From NCBI RefSeq assembly GCF_029379315.1, contig NZ_JAQYWQ010000014.1:542-64541 (forward strand): a stretch of DNA of 64,000 nucleotides, given 5' to 3'. The position numbers and the translations under genes are program-made. Below the pieces are notes generated by a model. The model saw nothing but the letters and a program-made list of their open reading frames with translations. It searched no databases and was not told where the DNA came from. Source of the stretch: Nostoc sp. S13. Its GTDB lineage: Bacteria > Cyanobacteriota > Cyanobacteriia > Cyanobacteriales > Nostocaceae. Shown here piece after piece: positions 1-9,981 of this stretch; the stretch's first letter is position 1, and each line of letters begins with the position of its first letter.

Positions 1-570
1 TGCCAAAACTTTGTAATAAGTGTGATTAATTCCCATTGCACCCGCAGCTAATTCATCTTCGCGGATAGCGATAAAAGCCCTTCCGACGCGGATGCGTTCT
101 AAACGATAAAGCAGCACCATACTAATTAATAGTAAGGGCAGAGCAATCCATAAATATTCAAGTTGTGTTTGGAAAGGTTGAGGAATGCCAAAAATTCCCA
201 CAGCACCGCCTGTAATATCTAAATTAAGGGAGATGACGCGCAGAACTTCCACAAAAGCGATAGTAGCGATCGCTAAATAAATTCCTCGTAATCTCAATGC
301 TGGAATTCCCACTACTACACCCAATAAACCAGAAATTACACCAGTAATTAACATCTCCAATAACAACAATGGAATGGGATATAAACTACTACTAGATGTC
401 AAAACTTTTGTGGATAAAATTGCTGCAATATACCCACCTAAAGCATAAAATCCTGGACTAGCTAAAGACAATTGCCCTGTCATTAGCGGTAAGTAAAGCG
501 ATAACCCTAGTAGCGCCCCCAATACCATAGAGACAATTAGAGAACCGTAAGTAGCGAAAAAATCAGCCAT
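1..570 (-). CDS. livM: Branched-chain amino acid ABC transporter permease (LivM-type), 3' end beyond window
   Basis: Manual translation from CAT at 568-570: MADFFATYGSLIVSMVLGALLGLSLYLPLMTGQLSLASPGFYALGGY. It is hydrophobic and co-oriented with the LivH-like and binding-protein genes. Confidence 0.85.
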   Translation of the reverse strand, partial: MADFFATYGSLIVSMVLGALLGLSLYLPLMTGQLSLASPGFYALGGYIAAILSTKVLTSSSSLYPIPLLLLEMLITGVISGLLGVVVGIPALRLRGIYLAIATIAFVEVLRVISLNLDITGGAVGIFGIPQPFQTQLEYLWIALPLLLISMVLLYRLERIRVGRAFIAIREDELAAGAMGINHTYYKVLA

Positions 571-619
571 TTTAAAACATTCTGATGAAGCTTAATCAAA
601 CTATTGCTTTTATCAACTA

Positions 620-1222
620 TTAAGCTGTTAATATTTGCTCTGCTGTCAGCGCCAGTTTAGGAAAAGTTTGTGACACAATCCGTTCTGAACCTCTAAACTG
701 TGTGCGTTGGTATTTTCCTTCAGCATCTAATAGAAAAACAAACACAGCCGGAACTTTTGGATTTCCTAAATACTCTCTTAGTCCAATTGCTAAATAATCT
801 ACAATCCAATATTCTGTAATCCCTAAGCGTTGATATTCATCTAATTTATCAATGTAGTCATCTTCCCAATTAGTTGATGTTACCTCTATAGCTAACTGGA
901 TGAGTTCTTCAAGTGCAGAATAAGCAGAACGATTTGAGCGCCATCTATCTTTATCTATGACACTTACATCAGGCTTGCGTCCTTGCTCTATCCCATTGGC
1001 AGTTATAGTTTTAAAGACTGCTGTGTTATTAACTACATAATTTAGGTTTTGTCGCCTAATTTCATCATTGAAACCAAACAATAGAAAATTAGCGACATCA
1101 TCATGATTTCTTGTTGCACGCACTTCTACAATTTCTCCATCCACAAGTTCATATAAACCTGACTCTGGACACTCTTCCAAAAATTGCTCAAAAGTTAATT
1201 TTTGTTTGATGTATGTTTTCAT
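620..1222 (-). CDS. Uma2 family (PD-(D/E)XK-like) putative endonuclease
   Basis: Motifs YELVDGEIVE, RKPDVSV, LAIEVTSTNWEDDYIDKLDEYQRLGITEYWIVD are typical of cyanobacterial Uma2. Confidence 0.9.
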   Translation of the reverse strand: MKTYIKQKLTFEQFLEECPESGLYELVDGEIVEVRATRNHDDVANFLLFGFNDEIRRQNLNYVVNNTAVFKTITANGIEQGRKPDVSVIDKDRWRSNRSAYSALEELIQLAIEVTSTNWEDDYIDKLDEYQRLGITEYWIVDYLAIGLREYLGNPKVPAVFVFLLDAEGKYQRTQFRGSERIVSQTFPKLALTAEQILTA

Positions 1223-1242
1223 AGCGCTACGTCTCCTTATCC

Positions 1243-2193
1243 TTAAACTTTCTGAATAAACCGCCGTCCCAGTAAACCTTGGGGTCTAACTAATAGCATG
1301 ATAAACAAAATTCCAAAGGCTACTGCGTCTTTATATCCAGAGTATTCGGCGGGTACAAACGCCTCTACTAGTCCAATTACTAAGCCTCCTAACACTGCAC
1401 CGGGAATACTACCTAAACCACCTAAGACAATTACCGCTAAACCCCGCAAACCAAAAGCAATGCCAAAATATGGCCCTGCAATACTAACACTAGAAGCAAC
1501 TAAAGTTCCTGCTAATCCTGCTAAAAAACTGCTGATGAAGAATGTTAAAATGATAAAACGATCGCTATTAATTCCTAACAAACTAGCTGTAGTTGGATCT
1601 TCTGCGATCGCCTGCATTGCTTTCCCATATTTAGTTCGATTGATAAAATAGGTAAGAATTGCCACAATCACCACAGATACAGTAAAAATTACCACCTGAA
1701 CGCTGCGAATCGGAATTGGATTTTCTGGACTCCCAAAGTTAATCGCGGGTGGCAAATTGCCATAAGTATTTGCAGGGTATGTGTAACTTTCTGCGCCGAC
1801 TAAATACTGGATTAAATTCACAATTACCACTGCTACCCCCAAGCTGGAAACAACAGTTAGTAAAGGGTCAGATCCTTGACGGCGCAAAGGTTGAAAAGCA
1901 ACACGTTCCATCACTACCCCTACCAATCCCGCCAAGGTACTTCCTAAAATCAAGGATATAGCAAAAGGTAATTTTATCGGCAGGGCTGCATTCGCCAATA
2001 AGCCATTAAATCCAAAGTTACCACCCATAAGTGCATAAGTAAAATATGCACCCAAGGTAAAAATTGCGCCATGAGCTAAATTAATGATGCCCAAAATGGA
2101 ATAAACTAAGGTATATCCCAAGGCAAAAATCGCATAAACACTGCCGATGGATAACCCATTTAATAACTGCTGCAAAAACAGATTGATATTCAT
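1243..2193 (-). CDS. livH: Branched-chain amino acid ABC transporter permease (LivH-type)
   Basis: QQLLNGLSIGSVYAIFALGYTLVYSILGIINLAHG signature. Confidence 0.9.
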   Translation of the reverse strand: MNINLFLQQLLNGLSIGSVYAIFALGYTLVYSILGIINLAHGAIFTLGAYFTYALMGGNFGFNGLLANAALPIKLPFAISLILGSTLAGLVGVVMERVAFQPLRRQGSDPLLTVVSSLGVAVVIVNLIQYLVGAESYTYPANTYGNLPPAINFGSPENPIPIRSVQVVIFTVSVVIVAILTYFINRTKYGKAMQAIAEDPTTASLLGINSDRFIILTFFISSFLAGLAGTLVASSVSIAGPYFGIAFGLRGLAVIVLGGLGSIPGAVLGGLVIGLVEAFVPAEYSGYKDAVAFGILFIMLLVRPQGLLGRRFIQKV

Positions 2194-2200
2194 GTAGCAA

Positions 2201-3457
2201 CTATTTGAGGAATGTGAATTTACCCTGGCTTCCGTCTTTTGCCATCTTGATTTGGGCTACATAGAAATCCTTTTGAATAACTTCACCTATAGGAGTAAAC
2301 CCAATTTCACCTAGTGGTGTATTGTATGTTCCGACAAGTATCTGTTTATTTAATTCAGTCCGAAATTCTGGTAGCTGTAATTTGTTGACTTTGCTCTTTT
2401 TATCTAAAGCTTGGAGTGCTTCAACATAAACCTGCACTGCTGTAAAAGCTTGGGCGCTAAACTGAGGTGGTTCTTTCTTGTATTCGTCAGTATAAGCTTT
2501 ATGAAATGCCGCGTTAATTTCACCTGGATGTTCTGGACTGTAGGCTTGAGCAATCAATACGCCATCACAAAGTGCCTTACAAACTGGCAATATATTCGAT
2601 GTATTTAGACCATTTCCACCAACAATTAAGCCTTTATAACCCAGTTCCCGCAATTGTCGGATTAAATTACCACCATCAGCAGCCAAACCAGAAATAATGA
2701 TCAAATCTGGTTTAAGATTAATGGCATTGGTAGCTTGGCTTTGAAAATCTGTATCACTGGTTTGGAACTTTTGTACTGTTACTAATTCTAGCCCTTGATC
2801 CTTAACTGTTTGCTGAAAAATTTCCGTTTCTGACTTGCTATATGAATCATTTTGAGCATAAAAAACTGCGACTTTTTTAAGTTGGGGGTTCTGCTTAAGT
2901 GCAGCTTTCACCGAATTAGGCGCGACGATGGAAACTGGTGCGGAAACACGAGCAACGTAATCACCAATTTCGGGAATGTTTTTAGCAGTATTTGATGGGC
3001 CAATAATTGGTATCTTTGCACGTTCGGCAATCGGGTCAGCGCTAAAGGCTTGCTGTGACAAAGTTGGGCCGACAATCCCAATAACTTTATCTTTGTTAAT
3101 TAAAGTTTGAAAAGCGTTAATTGCCCCCGCTTCATCACCGCTAGTATCTTGAAACACCAATTTAATTGGTGTGCCATTAACACCACCTTTACTATTGAAA
3201 TACTTCTCGGCGAGTTTGGCTCCAGCGACTTGTTCTTGACCTAGTAATGCCACGTTGCTAGTTTGAGCAACGGCAATACCGATGGGAATAGCAGCCGACG
3301 ATGTACTCGTTGTCGTTGCGTTATCAGTTGGAGTGTTATTTGGAGTACTATTTGGACTATTCTTTGTAGAAGTCACAGTGTTAGTGCCACCACAGCCGGT
3401 TAGTAGCAAAGCGCAAGTTGATAATAATGCAGTTGTCCGAGCGATCGCGTTGTTCAT
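2201..3457 (-). CDS. Branched-chain amino acid ABC transporter substrate-binding lipoprotein
   Basis: Lipobox LLTGC, GGVNGTPIKLVFQDT and VIGIVGPTLS match the periplasmic binding protein type 1 pattern. Confidence 0.9.
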   Translation of the reverse strand: MNNAIARTTALLSTCALLLTGCGGTNTVTSTKNSPNSTPNNTPTDNATTTSTSSAAIPIGIAVAQTSNVALLGQEQVAGAKLAEKYFNSKGGVNGTPIKLVFQDTSGDEAGAINAFQTLINKDKVIGIVGPTLSQQAFSADPIAERAKIPIIGPSNTAKNIPEIGDYVARVSAPVSIVAPNSVKAALKQNPQLKKVAVFYAQNDSYSKSETEIFQQTVKDQGLELVTVQKFQTSDTDFQSQATNAINLKPDLIIISGLAADGGNLIRQLRELGYKGLIVGGNGLNTSNILPVCKALCDGVLIAQAYSPEHPGEINAAFHKAYTDEYKKEPPQFSAQAFTAVQVYVEALQALDKKSKVNKLQLPEFRTELNKQILVGTYNTPLGEIGFTPIGEVIQKDFYVAQIKMAKDGSQGKFTFLK

Positions 3458-3706
3458 CGTTGCATAATCATGTAGTTATTAGATATTCGGCAAAAGTTAA
3501 TAGGAAAGTTGATAATATGCAAACAAAATGACGCAGATTTGCACTTTTGCACGAATTCTATTAAATCATTCTTATTTCACCATGCAAAGAGAAATATTCA
3601 AAGTGTTTGTAAATACAAATTATTATAATTAGTAATGATTTTATCATTACCCAGTTCTATTTGGGAATGTGCAATGAAGTCGCTTTGTCAGTTCAGGTAA
3701 GGACTC

Positions 3707-4033
3707 TTAAACCGTTTTTTGACTACCAGCTAATCCCTTAGATTCATAGTGACGGCAACCGTTACATGGGCCATCGGGATTGACAGCACAACGAATGTAA
3801 CCAGACCGGGCATTAAATTTGCAGCTGATATCGCCAATCAGATAACCCACCCCTTCTAGATAATAGCGATCGCCTTCAACCGAGCTGACGTTTTGCCCTT
3901 GCTGCACCGATGAAAAATTCATGGCTGCTTGTCTGAGCCGTAAACGCGATCGCAAATGGGTTTTGTGGATTACCCACAGGGAAATCAGAGACGGTAAAAA
4001 ACCAACGGCAATCACTAAAAGTGTCTTTAACAC
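3707..4033 (-). CDS. Conserved cyanobacterial membrane protein (DUF6464-like)
   Basis: N-terminal TM and C-terminal IGDISCKFNARSGYIRCAVNPDGPCNGCRHYE Cys motif. Confidence 0.7.
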   Translation of the reverse strand: MLKTLLVIAVGFLPSLISLWVIHKTHLRSRLRLRQAAMNFSSVQQGQNVSSVEGDRYYLEGVGYLIGDISCKFNARSGYIRCAVNPDGPCNGCRHYESKGLAGSQKTV

Positions 4034-4263
4034 CTTCTTTTTACCTCTTCTATGCGCTGATTGATTGTCCCTGATGTTACACTCTGGTTTTACGGAAGTG
4101 CAAATCTAAGGGCAGCTTTGCCTATTTGCTACCAACTGTGGCTGCAATTAGCAATCGCAGTGTGCTATTTTATAGCAATTTTCAGGAAAAAGTTCCTTCT
4201 GCCACTTCAATCAGCATAACTGTCAAAACCTCAAGGGTGATCTGCCGTTGAATATTGATAATT

Positions 4264-4758
4264 TTAAGATTTGTTGACTAATACCTTTTTGAACAAGCAT
4301 TTTGTGTGAGCCTCAGCCCCACTGTTGTTTTTTCTGTGTCGCTGCGATGCTAATCTTTTTTTGGTTTGCTGACGAAGTTGCTCTGCTAGCAGTGCGGCTT
4401 CCCTTTCGGCTCGGAATAAATCAACTCTTCGCGTCGTCAAAATAAATGATTCGTCTGGCTTTCGTTTCACCCAAGGGACGCTAACTGCAAAATACTGAAA
4501 AATATTTTTACATGGCTCCTGATTTAAAACTGGGTAACGTTTTTGAGTATTGAGTGTGTTAGCGATCGCTTTCAACTCTAATATCGCTGCTTCTAGCTCA
4601 CCTGCCATCTGATTGATGCGTTTGACTTGCGCTATCAAACGCCCCCGTTCACTAATGATTTTTTCCTCTTGGGGTTGCAGTGGCACTATTGCAGTAGTTA
4701 CAGATGTCGGCTGCAACAGCAAAATAGGCTTTTTGTCCGTGTCTAGGATTTTTTTCAT
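4264..4758 (-). CDS. Hypothetical protein (coiled-coil)
   Basis: 164-aa ORF; no recognised domain. Confidence 0.55.
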   Translation of the reverse strand: MKKILDTDKKPILLLQPTSVTTAIVPLQPQEEKIISERGRLIAQVKRINQMAGELEAAILELKAIANTLNTQKRYPVLNQEPCKNIFQYFAVSVPWVKRKPDESFILTTRRVDLFRAEREAALLAEQLRQQTKKRLASQRHRKNNSGAEAHTKCLFKKVLVNKS

Positions 4759-4839
4759 ACTACCTCAAGCTAGGCTAGCTGACTTGTAAGGCATTTTAGC
4801 AGTAAATTAGTATATTTGTACTAAAATGATATCTTGAGT

Positions 4840-4970
4840 CCCATCACATTTGCTTCTGTGCAAGAAAAGCTTTGTTCAATCAGAAGATTCTTCAAAAAGC
4901 GGAAGCTAATGGATGGGTGCGGCAAGTTGAGATGAACCAGAAGCTTAAAACCAATCTAGAAAACATCTAG
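4840..4970 (+). pseudogene. Relic C-terminus of a cyanobacterial tyrosine recombinase/integrase-like protein
   Basis: 4878-4970 translates NQKILQKAEANGWVRQVEMNQKLKTNLENI*, resembling from memory the C-terminal tail of cyanobacterial integrase-family proteins. It has no start, and the upstream part is frameshifted. Confidence 0.5.
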
Positions 4971-5285
4971 ATTATTTTCAAAAAATTGCTATATTTAAGC
5001 TGTTATTTAAGTATAAATTTTATCCCTCTTGTTCATGTTCTCAAGAATAAAATCAATAAAGGCTTATTAAAAAAAACTTACTTAATATTAAAATCTATAA
5101 TAAAAACCAATCAATATTTGTATTGACTATAATATACTATATAGAGTAAGCTGGGAAGTTTTTTAACAAGAGCTTATTCATTATGGTAAAAATGTAATGT
5201 GTATAGATTTCAGTGCAGCAAAGTACAGTACGATTGCTGCGTAGTATTTGTGTTCCAAGTATTTTTGGTAGGAGTGGGATAATTT

Positions 5286-6011
5286 ATGTACTTGAAAATT
5301 CCTGAGCAGTATAAGTCTGGAATGGAATTTATTTTAAACACTGATGATGATAGTATTGATGTAATTATATCAGCTTTACGTGATTTTCTTCCGACCGCCG
5401 AAAACGTTATATATAAAATTTCTGAAAGAATAGTTCAAACACAAAAAGTTGATGCCCCTACTGCCGTAAAGATTGTTGACACTTTAGTATCTTTAAGGCA
5501 ATTAAACAAAGAAGAAAAATTGCCTAATGAGGCTATTGTGACTTTAATCAGTGAGTCTCTAGAAAAAGATACTGAATTTGTAGTCACAACAGAGCTAAGA
5601 GAACGTTTTAGAAAGAGGTTATCCAGCCTACTACAAGCTTTAGAAAGTATTGCTTTCTCCTTAGATATTTCGGATAAAGCTTCTAATTTACTAGTTGAAC
5701 ATGAGCGAATATTTTCAGACTCAAAAATTTTTACTGACATAAGACCTGTCTTTGACTCAGAAACTGAGAGAAAAGTAGAAGCTGCCATCTTAATTCATAC
5801 ACTTAAAATTGAGTATAGAGATACAGAGGGAACTAAAGAATTTTATATAGCTCTTGACTCAGATGATTTAGATAATTTGTATGAGCAAATAACTATTGCA
5901 ATAGACAACAGAGATGCTCTTGGATCTATTTTAAAAAAAGCAGAAATAGAGTGTATAAATCCTGTACTTGAAGTTTCAGTGTTAGAAAATCTAGAAAATG
6001 GCGATGAATAA
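5286..6011 (+). CDS. Hypothetical protein; helical N-domain plus possible COMM-like C-domain
   Basis: 241-aa ORF whose C-terminus reads as three beta strands (FSDSKIFTDIRPVF, AAILIHTLKIEY, EFYIALD) followed by a long helix. Confidence 0.7.
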   Translation: MYLKIPEQYKSGMEFILNTDDDSIDVIISALRDFLPTAENVIYKISERIVQTQKVDAPTAVKIVDTLVSLRQLNKEEKLPNEAIVTLISESLEKDTEFVVTTELRERFRKRLSSLLQALESIAFSLDISDKASNLLVEHERIFSDSKIFTDIRPVFDSETERKVEAAILIHTLKIEYRDTEGTKEFYIALDSDDLDNLYEQITIAIDNRDALGSILKKAEIECINPVLEVSVLENLENGDE

Positions 6012-6070
6012 CAACATTGATTTAACCGTATAAATATCAAAAATTTCCAATCAAGAATCAGGAGAGAAAT

Positions 6071-6736
6071 ATGTTGACATTAGAAAAAGCGAAAGAGAAA
6101 ACAAACTCTTGGACTAAAAAAATAAATACTAAAAAATTAAGTAAATATTCACATTTTCCTCAAATTAGTCAATTTTGTGTGTCTCCTGTGCCAATTCAAG
6201 AAAATTCTAAGAGTTTCAATTTACTCAAAGATAATAACTGCGATATTTATTTGAGTAATCAAATTAAAACTGAAGCAAGCAAAGTATCGTTATTGAGAAC
6301 TAAAAGTTGGAAGCAAGAGGCTTTTTCTTGGAGAGAAGAAAAAGTGCTGTGTGTTTCTTCTCAACAATCCTTACTCAAAAAAAGTAAAACTCGGAAAGCG
6401 AAGCAAATAACAAACCGTCCGTCGAGTTATCTATTAAGGCAAGCAGAAATAAAAGACACTTTTATGAAACTTGCTAATCAATGGCGTAGCGAAACCAAGC
6501 ATATGTCATTAATGAGTGATATGATTTTACACACTGCATATCAACAAATAATAGGCATGGGGACAAATGCAGTGCCTTTAATTCTTGAAGAACTAAGCAG
6601 AGAGCCGGAACACTGGTTTTGGGCATTAAGATCGATCACTGGAGCAAATCCAATTAAGCCAGAAGATAGGGGTAGGGTCAAAAAAATGGCAGAGGCTTGG
6701 TTGGATTGGGGCAGACAGCATGGATACAAGTGCTGA
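6071..6736 (+). CDS. Hypothetical protein with conserved C-terminal helical domain
   Basis: C-terminus FMKLANQWRSET...YQQIIGMGTNAVPLILEELSREPEHWFWALRSITGANP; the N-half is low-complexity and Lys/Ser-rich. Confidence 0.7.
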   Translation: MLTLEKAKEKTNSWTKKINTKKLSKYSHFPQISQFCVSPVPIQENSKSFNLLKDNNCDIYLSNQIKTEASKVSLLRTKSWKQEAFSWREEKVLCVSSQQSLLKKSKTRKAKQITNRPSSYLLRQAEIKDTFMKLANQWRSETKHMSLMSDMILHTAYQQIIGMGTNAVPLILEELSREPEHWFWALRSITGANPIKPEDRGRVKKMAEAWLDWGRQHGYKC

Positions 6737-7199
6737 ACTTGAAGCCGATTGGCCTAACTTAGCCAAGACTACATACGAAATCACAAGCAAATTCACATCT
6801 GAATACAATTGCATTGCTTGGGCAATTAACAATGAAGATGACCGTTGGTGGTCTCCTGCTCCTGAAGAGGATTATTACTGGCCTGATGGTGCCCCTAGAG
6901 AGCAAACACTACAAGCATTTATTATTGCATTCCAAATTTGCGGTTACGAGATATGCACTAATGCGGAAATTGAAGCTGGATTTGAAAAGATTGCTATATA
7001 TGTAAAAGAAGACGGTAAGCCACAGCACGTAGCTAAACAGCTAGATGATGGTATGTGGACTAGCAAACTTGGACGTTATGAAGATATAAAACACGAACTC
7101 GACGGATTAGTTGGTGAACTATACGGAAATGTGCAACAGTTAATGAAACGTGCTTTAGAGGATTTTGGCGAGATTATTTTGTCTAAGACTTTCCCTTAG
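6720..7199 (+). CDS. Putative papain-like Cys-His fold protein (DUF7689-like)
   Basis: YNCIAWA...WWSP...QHVAKQ...WTSKLG; overlaps the upstream gene by 17 nt. Confidence 0.65.
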   Translation: MDTSAELEADWPNLAKTTYEITSKFTSEYNCIAWAINNEDDRWWSPAPEEDYYWPDGAPREQTLQAFIIAFQICGYEICTNAEIEAGFEKIAIYVKEDGKPQHVAKQLDDGMWTSKLGRYEDIKHELDGLVGELYGNVQQLMKRALEDFGEIILSKTFP

Positions 7200-7289
7200 T
7201 GATTTGACAGATTACCTTTGTTGATATATCTACAAAGTAAAATGCTTACTGTATAGAACTTTGTTGTTAATAACTATAGATAAAATTAA

Positions 7290-7742
7290 CTTATGTATAC
7301 ACCGTAGCCCCGCAGGCGGGGAGGGGATTAAGGGTGGGGTTCTTCACATAACATGACATTTCCTAAGCCCAAGACAAGGGTGTGGTTGGCTGTTAGGCAA
7401 TGTTGTCCCACTTCAGCAACCATTACCACGCACGTAAAAGCAATCGTTACTAAAATGACGCTTTTGTTCTTAAAGTTGAAATTTTCCCCTTGAAATCACA
7501 CGCAAGGGGGGAAACAGGAAATTTAGTTCCCTCACCTTTGCAAGGGGAGAGTTAGGGTGGGGTGACGCGGGTAGTGATTGGAAGCCAGAGAACTGAATAT
7601 CACGTCTTAACAAGGGTTTCACATTAAGTTCACACCAATGAGCAATGCTAAACCCCTACAGTGCGGATCTATTAGACATCTCCAGAAATTAAATATGCGT
7701 TATCTATAACCCTTGTAGAGACGCGAAATTTTGCGTCTCTAC
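7290..7742. repeat. Cluster of Nostoc-type intergenic repeats, including a REP-like palindrome
   Basis: G-rich gggagggg/gggtgggg blocks and palindrome GTAGAGACGCGAAATTTTGCGTCTCTAC (7715-7742), which overlaps the stop codon of the adjacent acyltransferase. Confidence 0.55.
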
Positions 7743-8809
7743 ATTCTTTTTTGGAGATGTCTATTTAACATCAAAGTAATTTTAATTTGCAATTTTTCTC
7801 GTAATTTTTGCGCCTGTTGATAGATTGCTATACGCTTTTTACCGGAGTGAGTTTTCAACCCTACTTGTTCCAAAGGCTGAATAAAGTAACGCAGGCGAGT
7901 TCTCATTGCCCAAATTCCCATTGAAGGAAACAGAATTAAGACAAGCATTAAAGGCGAGAAAGGCAAAAATGGTAATTTGACTAGTCGTTGTAATTTATGC
8001 AAATTAACAGCCCAAGGATGTAAAAATTCACTACCGATGCAAACTACTGAGAGAATGGGAATTTGATAGCGATCGCTCAACTGAATAAAACTCCCATCAA
8101 ACTTTTGTAGTTGATAGCGTTTTTTCCAACCTTTCAGAGGGCCGCGTATACCTTCGGGTGCATATAAGAGAATTTTACCTTGAGCGATCGCCGTAGGCGT
8201 TGACGTAGCGATCGCTGCCTCAAAATCATCTAATTCCGCTCTCACACCACCTAAAACCTGCGACCATTTAGGTGGTAGCCACCAAATCACCCAAGGATGC
8301 TCAAATAATGCTGGACTTGCTACGGGTTGTACCACCCATTCTCTAGCTTCACTTAATAAATAACCCAAAGTCAAAAAGTCCCAAGGAAAACACATCCCTG
8401 CGTGATTCATTGCCACAATCAATGGCCCTGTTGGCGGCAAGTTTTCGGCTTGTTGCAATTCTCCCCGAAAATAGTGTTTAACGATGGGGCGGAGAACTTC
8501 TTCGCCAAAAGCTTGTTGATATTTAGGATCAAATTCACCAATTTCTTTTTGCGGTGAACGAAAACCAAGACGCAACCAGCGACTCAGCAGCGCCAGATAA
8601 AATCCGCCAGGAATTAAAAATAATCCATATTCTAACCAATTCCAACCATCTGGATCGCTTTGATAATGCTGCCAATGGCGATTGAATAAAATTAGCCAGC
8701 CTGGAGGATACCAAAGACAAAACCAATCAAACCAGCTAAATATATAGCCTTCAACTGGTGCATTTTCCAGTTGAGTGTTTAAGAGGTTTTCGGAGTCTTG
8801 ATTAATCAA
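7739..8809 (-). CDS. Acyltransferase (PlsC/DGAT-like)
   Basis: NHAG motif (HxxxxD) and APEG motif. Confidence 0.8.
   Translation of the reverse strand: MINQDSENLLNTQLENAPVEGYIFSWFDWFCLWYPPGWLILFNRHWQHYQSDPDGWNWLEYGLFLIPGGFYLALLSRWLRLGFRSPQKEIGEFDPKYQQAFGEEVLRPIVKHYFRGELQQAENLPPTGPLIVAMNHAGMCFPWDFLTLGYLLSEAREWVVQPVASPALFEHPWVIWWLPPKWSQVLGGVRAELDDFEAAIATSTPTAIAQGKILLYAPEGIRGPLKGWKKRYQLQKFDGSFIQLSDRYQIPILSVVCIGSEFLHPWAVNLHKLQRLVKLPFLPFSPLMLVLILFPSMGIWAMRTRLRYFIQPLEQVGLKTHSGKKRIAIYQQAQKLREKLQIKITLMLNRHLQKRM
8184..8215. repeat. 24-bp in-frame insertion between two HIP1 copies
   Basis: GCGATCGC-cgtaggcgttgacgta-GCGATCGC; gives AIA-TSTPT-AIA in the protein. Confidence 0.75.
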
Positions 8810-9387
8810 AATAGTAATATAGATTAGGTAAAAATTTTATTTAAATCTGATCATAGCTTTACAGCTTTGCCATTCGCCTCTTACCTTAGAAGTAAAATTA
8901 ACTACATATTATTTTTATAAATATTTCAAATAGTGTGATCAGAATTAGTGATGATTGGGAAACATTTATAAATGTAAAGTATTAGATAAAAATTATATAG
9001 CGGTTCCCAGGTGTATTAAGTACATATCAAAACCTCACCTTTAACAAATTCAGTGTGTTTAAGTTTCATAGCAACTAACAAGCCGTAAGTATGTAAGTCT
9101 GGTTCTGTCTTGCAAAGTGCGGTCTTGGGGAGACCCCAAGACCGCACTTTGCGCTAAATCCCCGTTACAGAACTTAATTACGAATTACGAATTATTTTAA
9201 CTCCTCTATGTGAGTTCAAAGAGGGGAGATAAAGCACAGCTTTATCGGGGGTTAAGCTGTACAATGTAACGTACCACCCATAAAATTTTGGCGGTGGATG
9301 ATGGCAGAGAATCATCAAATCGCCTTAAATAATACTATTGTGGCATCAGATACCAGACGAAATTTAATGTTTATTTTATAAATACTC

Positions 9388-9573
9388 GGACTTACGCACT
9401 GTACAAATTAATCATGGTATGCATTTACCAAAATAGGTTGTTTCAGGGTTTTATTGCTCATTTTTTGATGGTAAATAAATCCGCGCTGTCGGGGCTACTC
9501 ATGAATTACCCGGACGACAGATGTGGTTTTTTAAATCATCCATATTTGGTATTTTCCGTCAATGCGTAAATTC
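9388..9573. mobile_element. Degenerate MITE-like element with GGACTTACGCA termini
   Basis: Left end GGACTTACGCA and right end TGCGTAAATTC; same terminus family as 22565-22795. Confidence 0.5.
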
Positions 9574-9725
9574 TAGATACTTTCTAGAGAGAACATTAAC
9601 CAATGAAGACTGATAACTGATATCAGTCTTCTGCCAAAAGATGAAATTGATAACAACTGATGATTGTTTAAATTCTTCCTCAAGTTGGAATCAAATGATG
9701 AGACATCTGTCCTAATCTTCCTATT

Positions 9726-9980
9726 ATGCAACTAGGAAAGCCACTAAAAATTTTAGATTTAATCCGTGAACTTCGGCAGCAACTCAATCTCTCTCAGGAA
9801 AAGTTTGCAGCCAAGTTGGGAGTTTCGCTGCGAACAGTCAATCGCTGGGAGAACGGATCTACAGTGCCTTCACAGATGGCACTGAAGCTAATTGAAAAAA
9901 TGTTAGAGAACATGGGCGAACCAGGCAAAAGATTACTGAACGAGTATCTTCCAAAAGCGAAGCAACGGGAGGACTCTTAA
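9726..9980 (+). CDS. XRE-family helix-turn-helix protein
   Basis: LRQQLNLSQEKFAAKLGVSLRTVNRWENG. Confidence 0.9.
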   Translation: MQLGKPLKILDLIRELRQQLNLSQEKFAAKLGVSLRTVNRWENGSTVPSQMALKLIEKMLENMGEPGKRLLNEYLPKAKQREDS

Positions 9981-9981
9981 A

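Noticed and set aside
1298-1651. Antisense and shadow ORFs here and over many other genes (e.g. 5435, 17020, 23549, 43449, 50842, 52686, 56973)
   Set aside because: They lie opposite or within well-supported genes and have no recognisable motifs.
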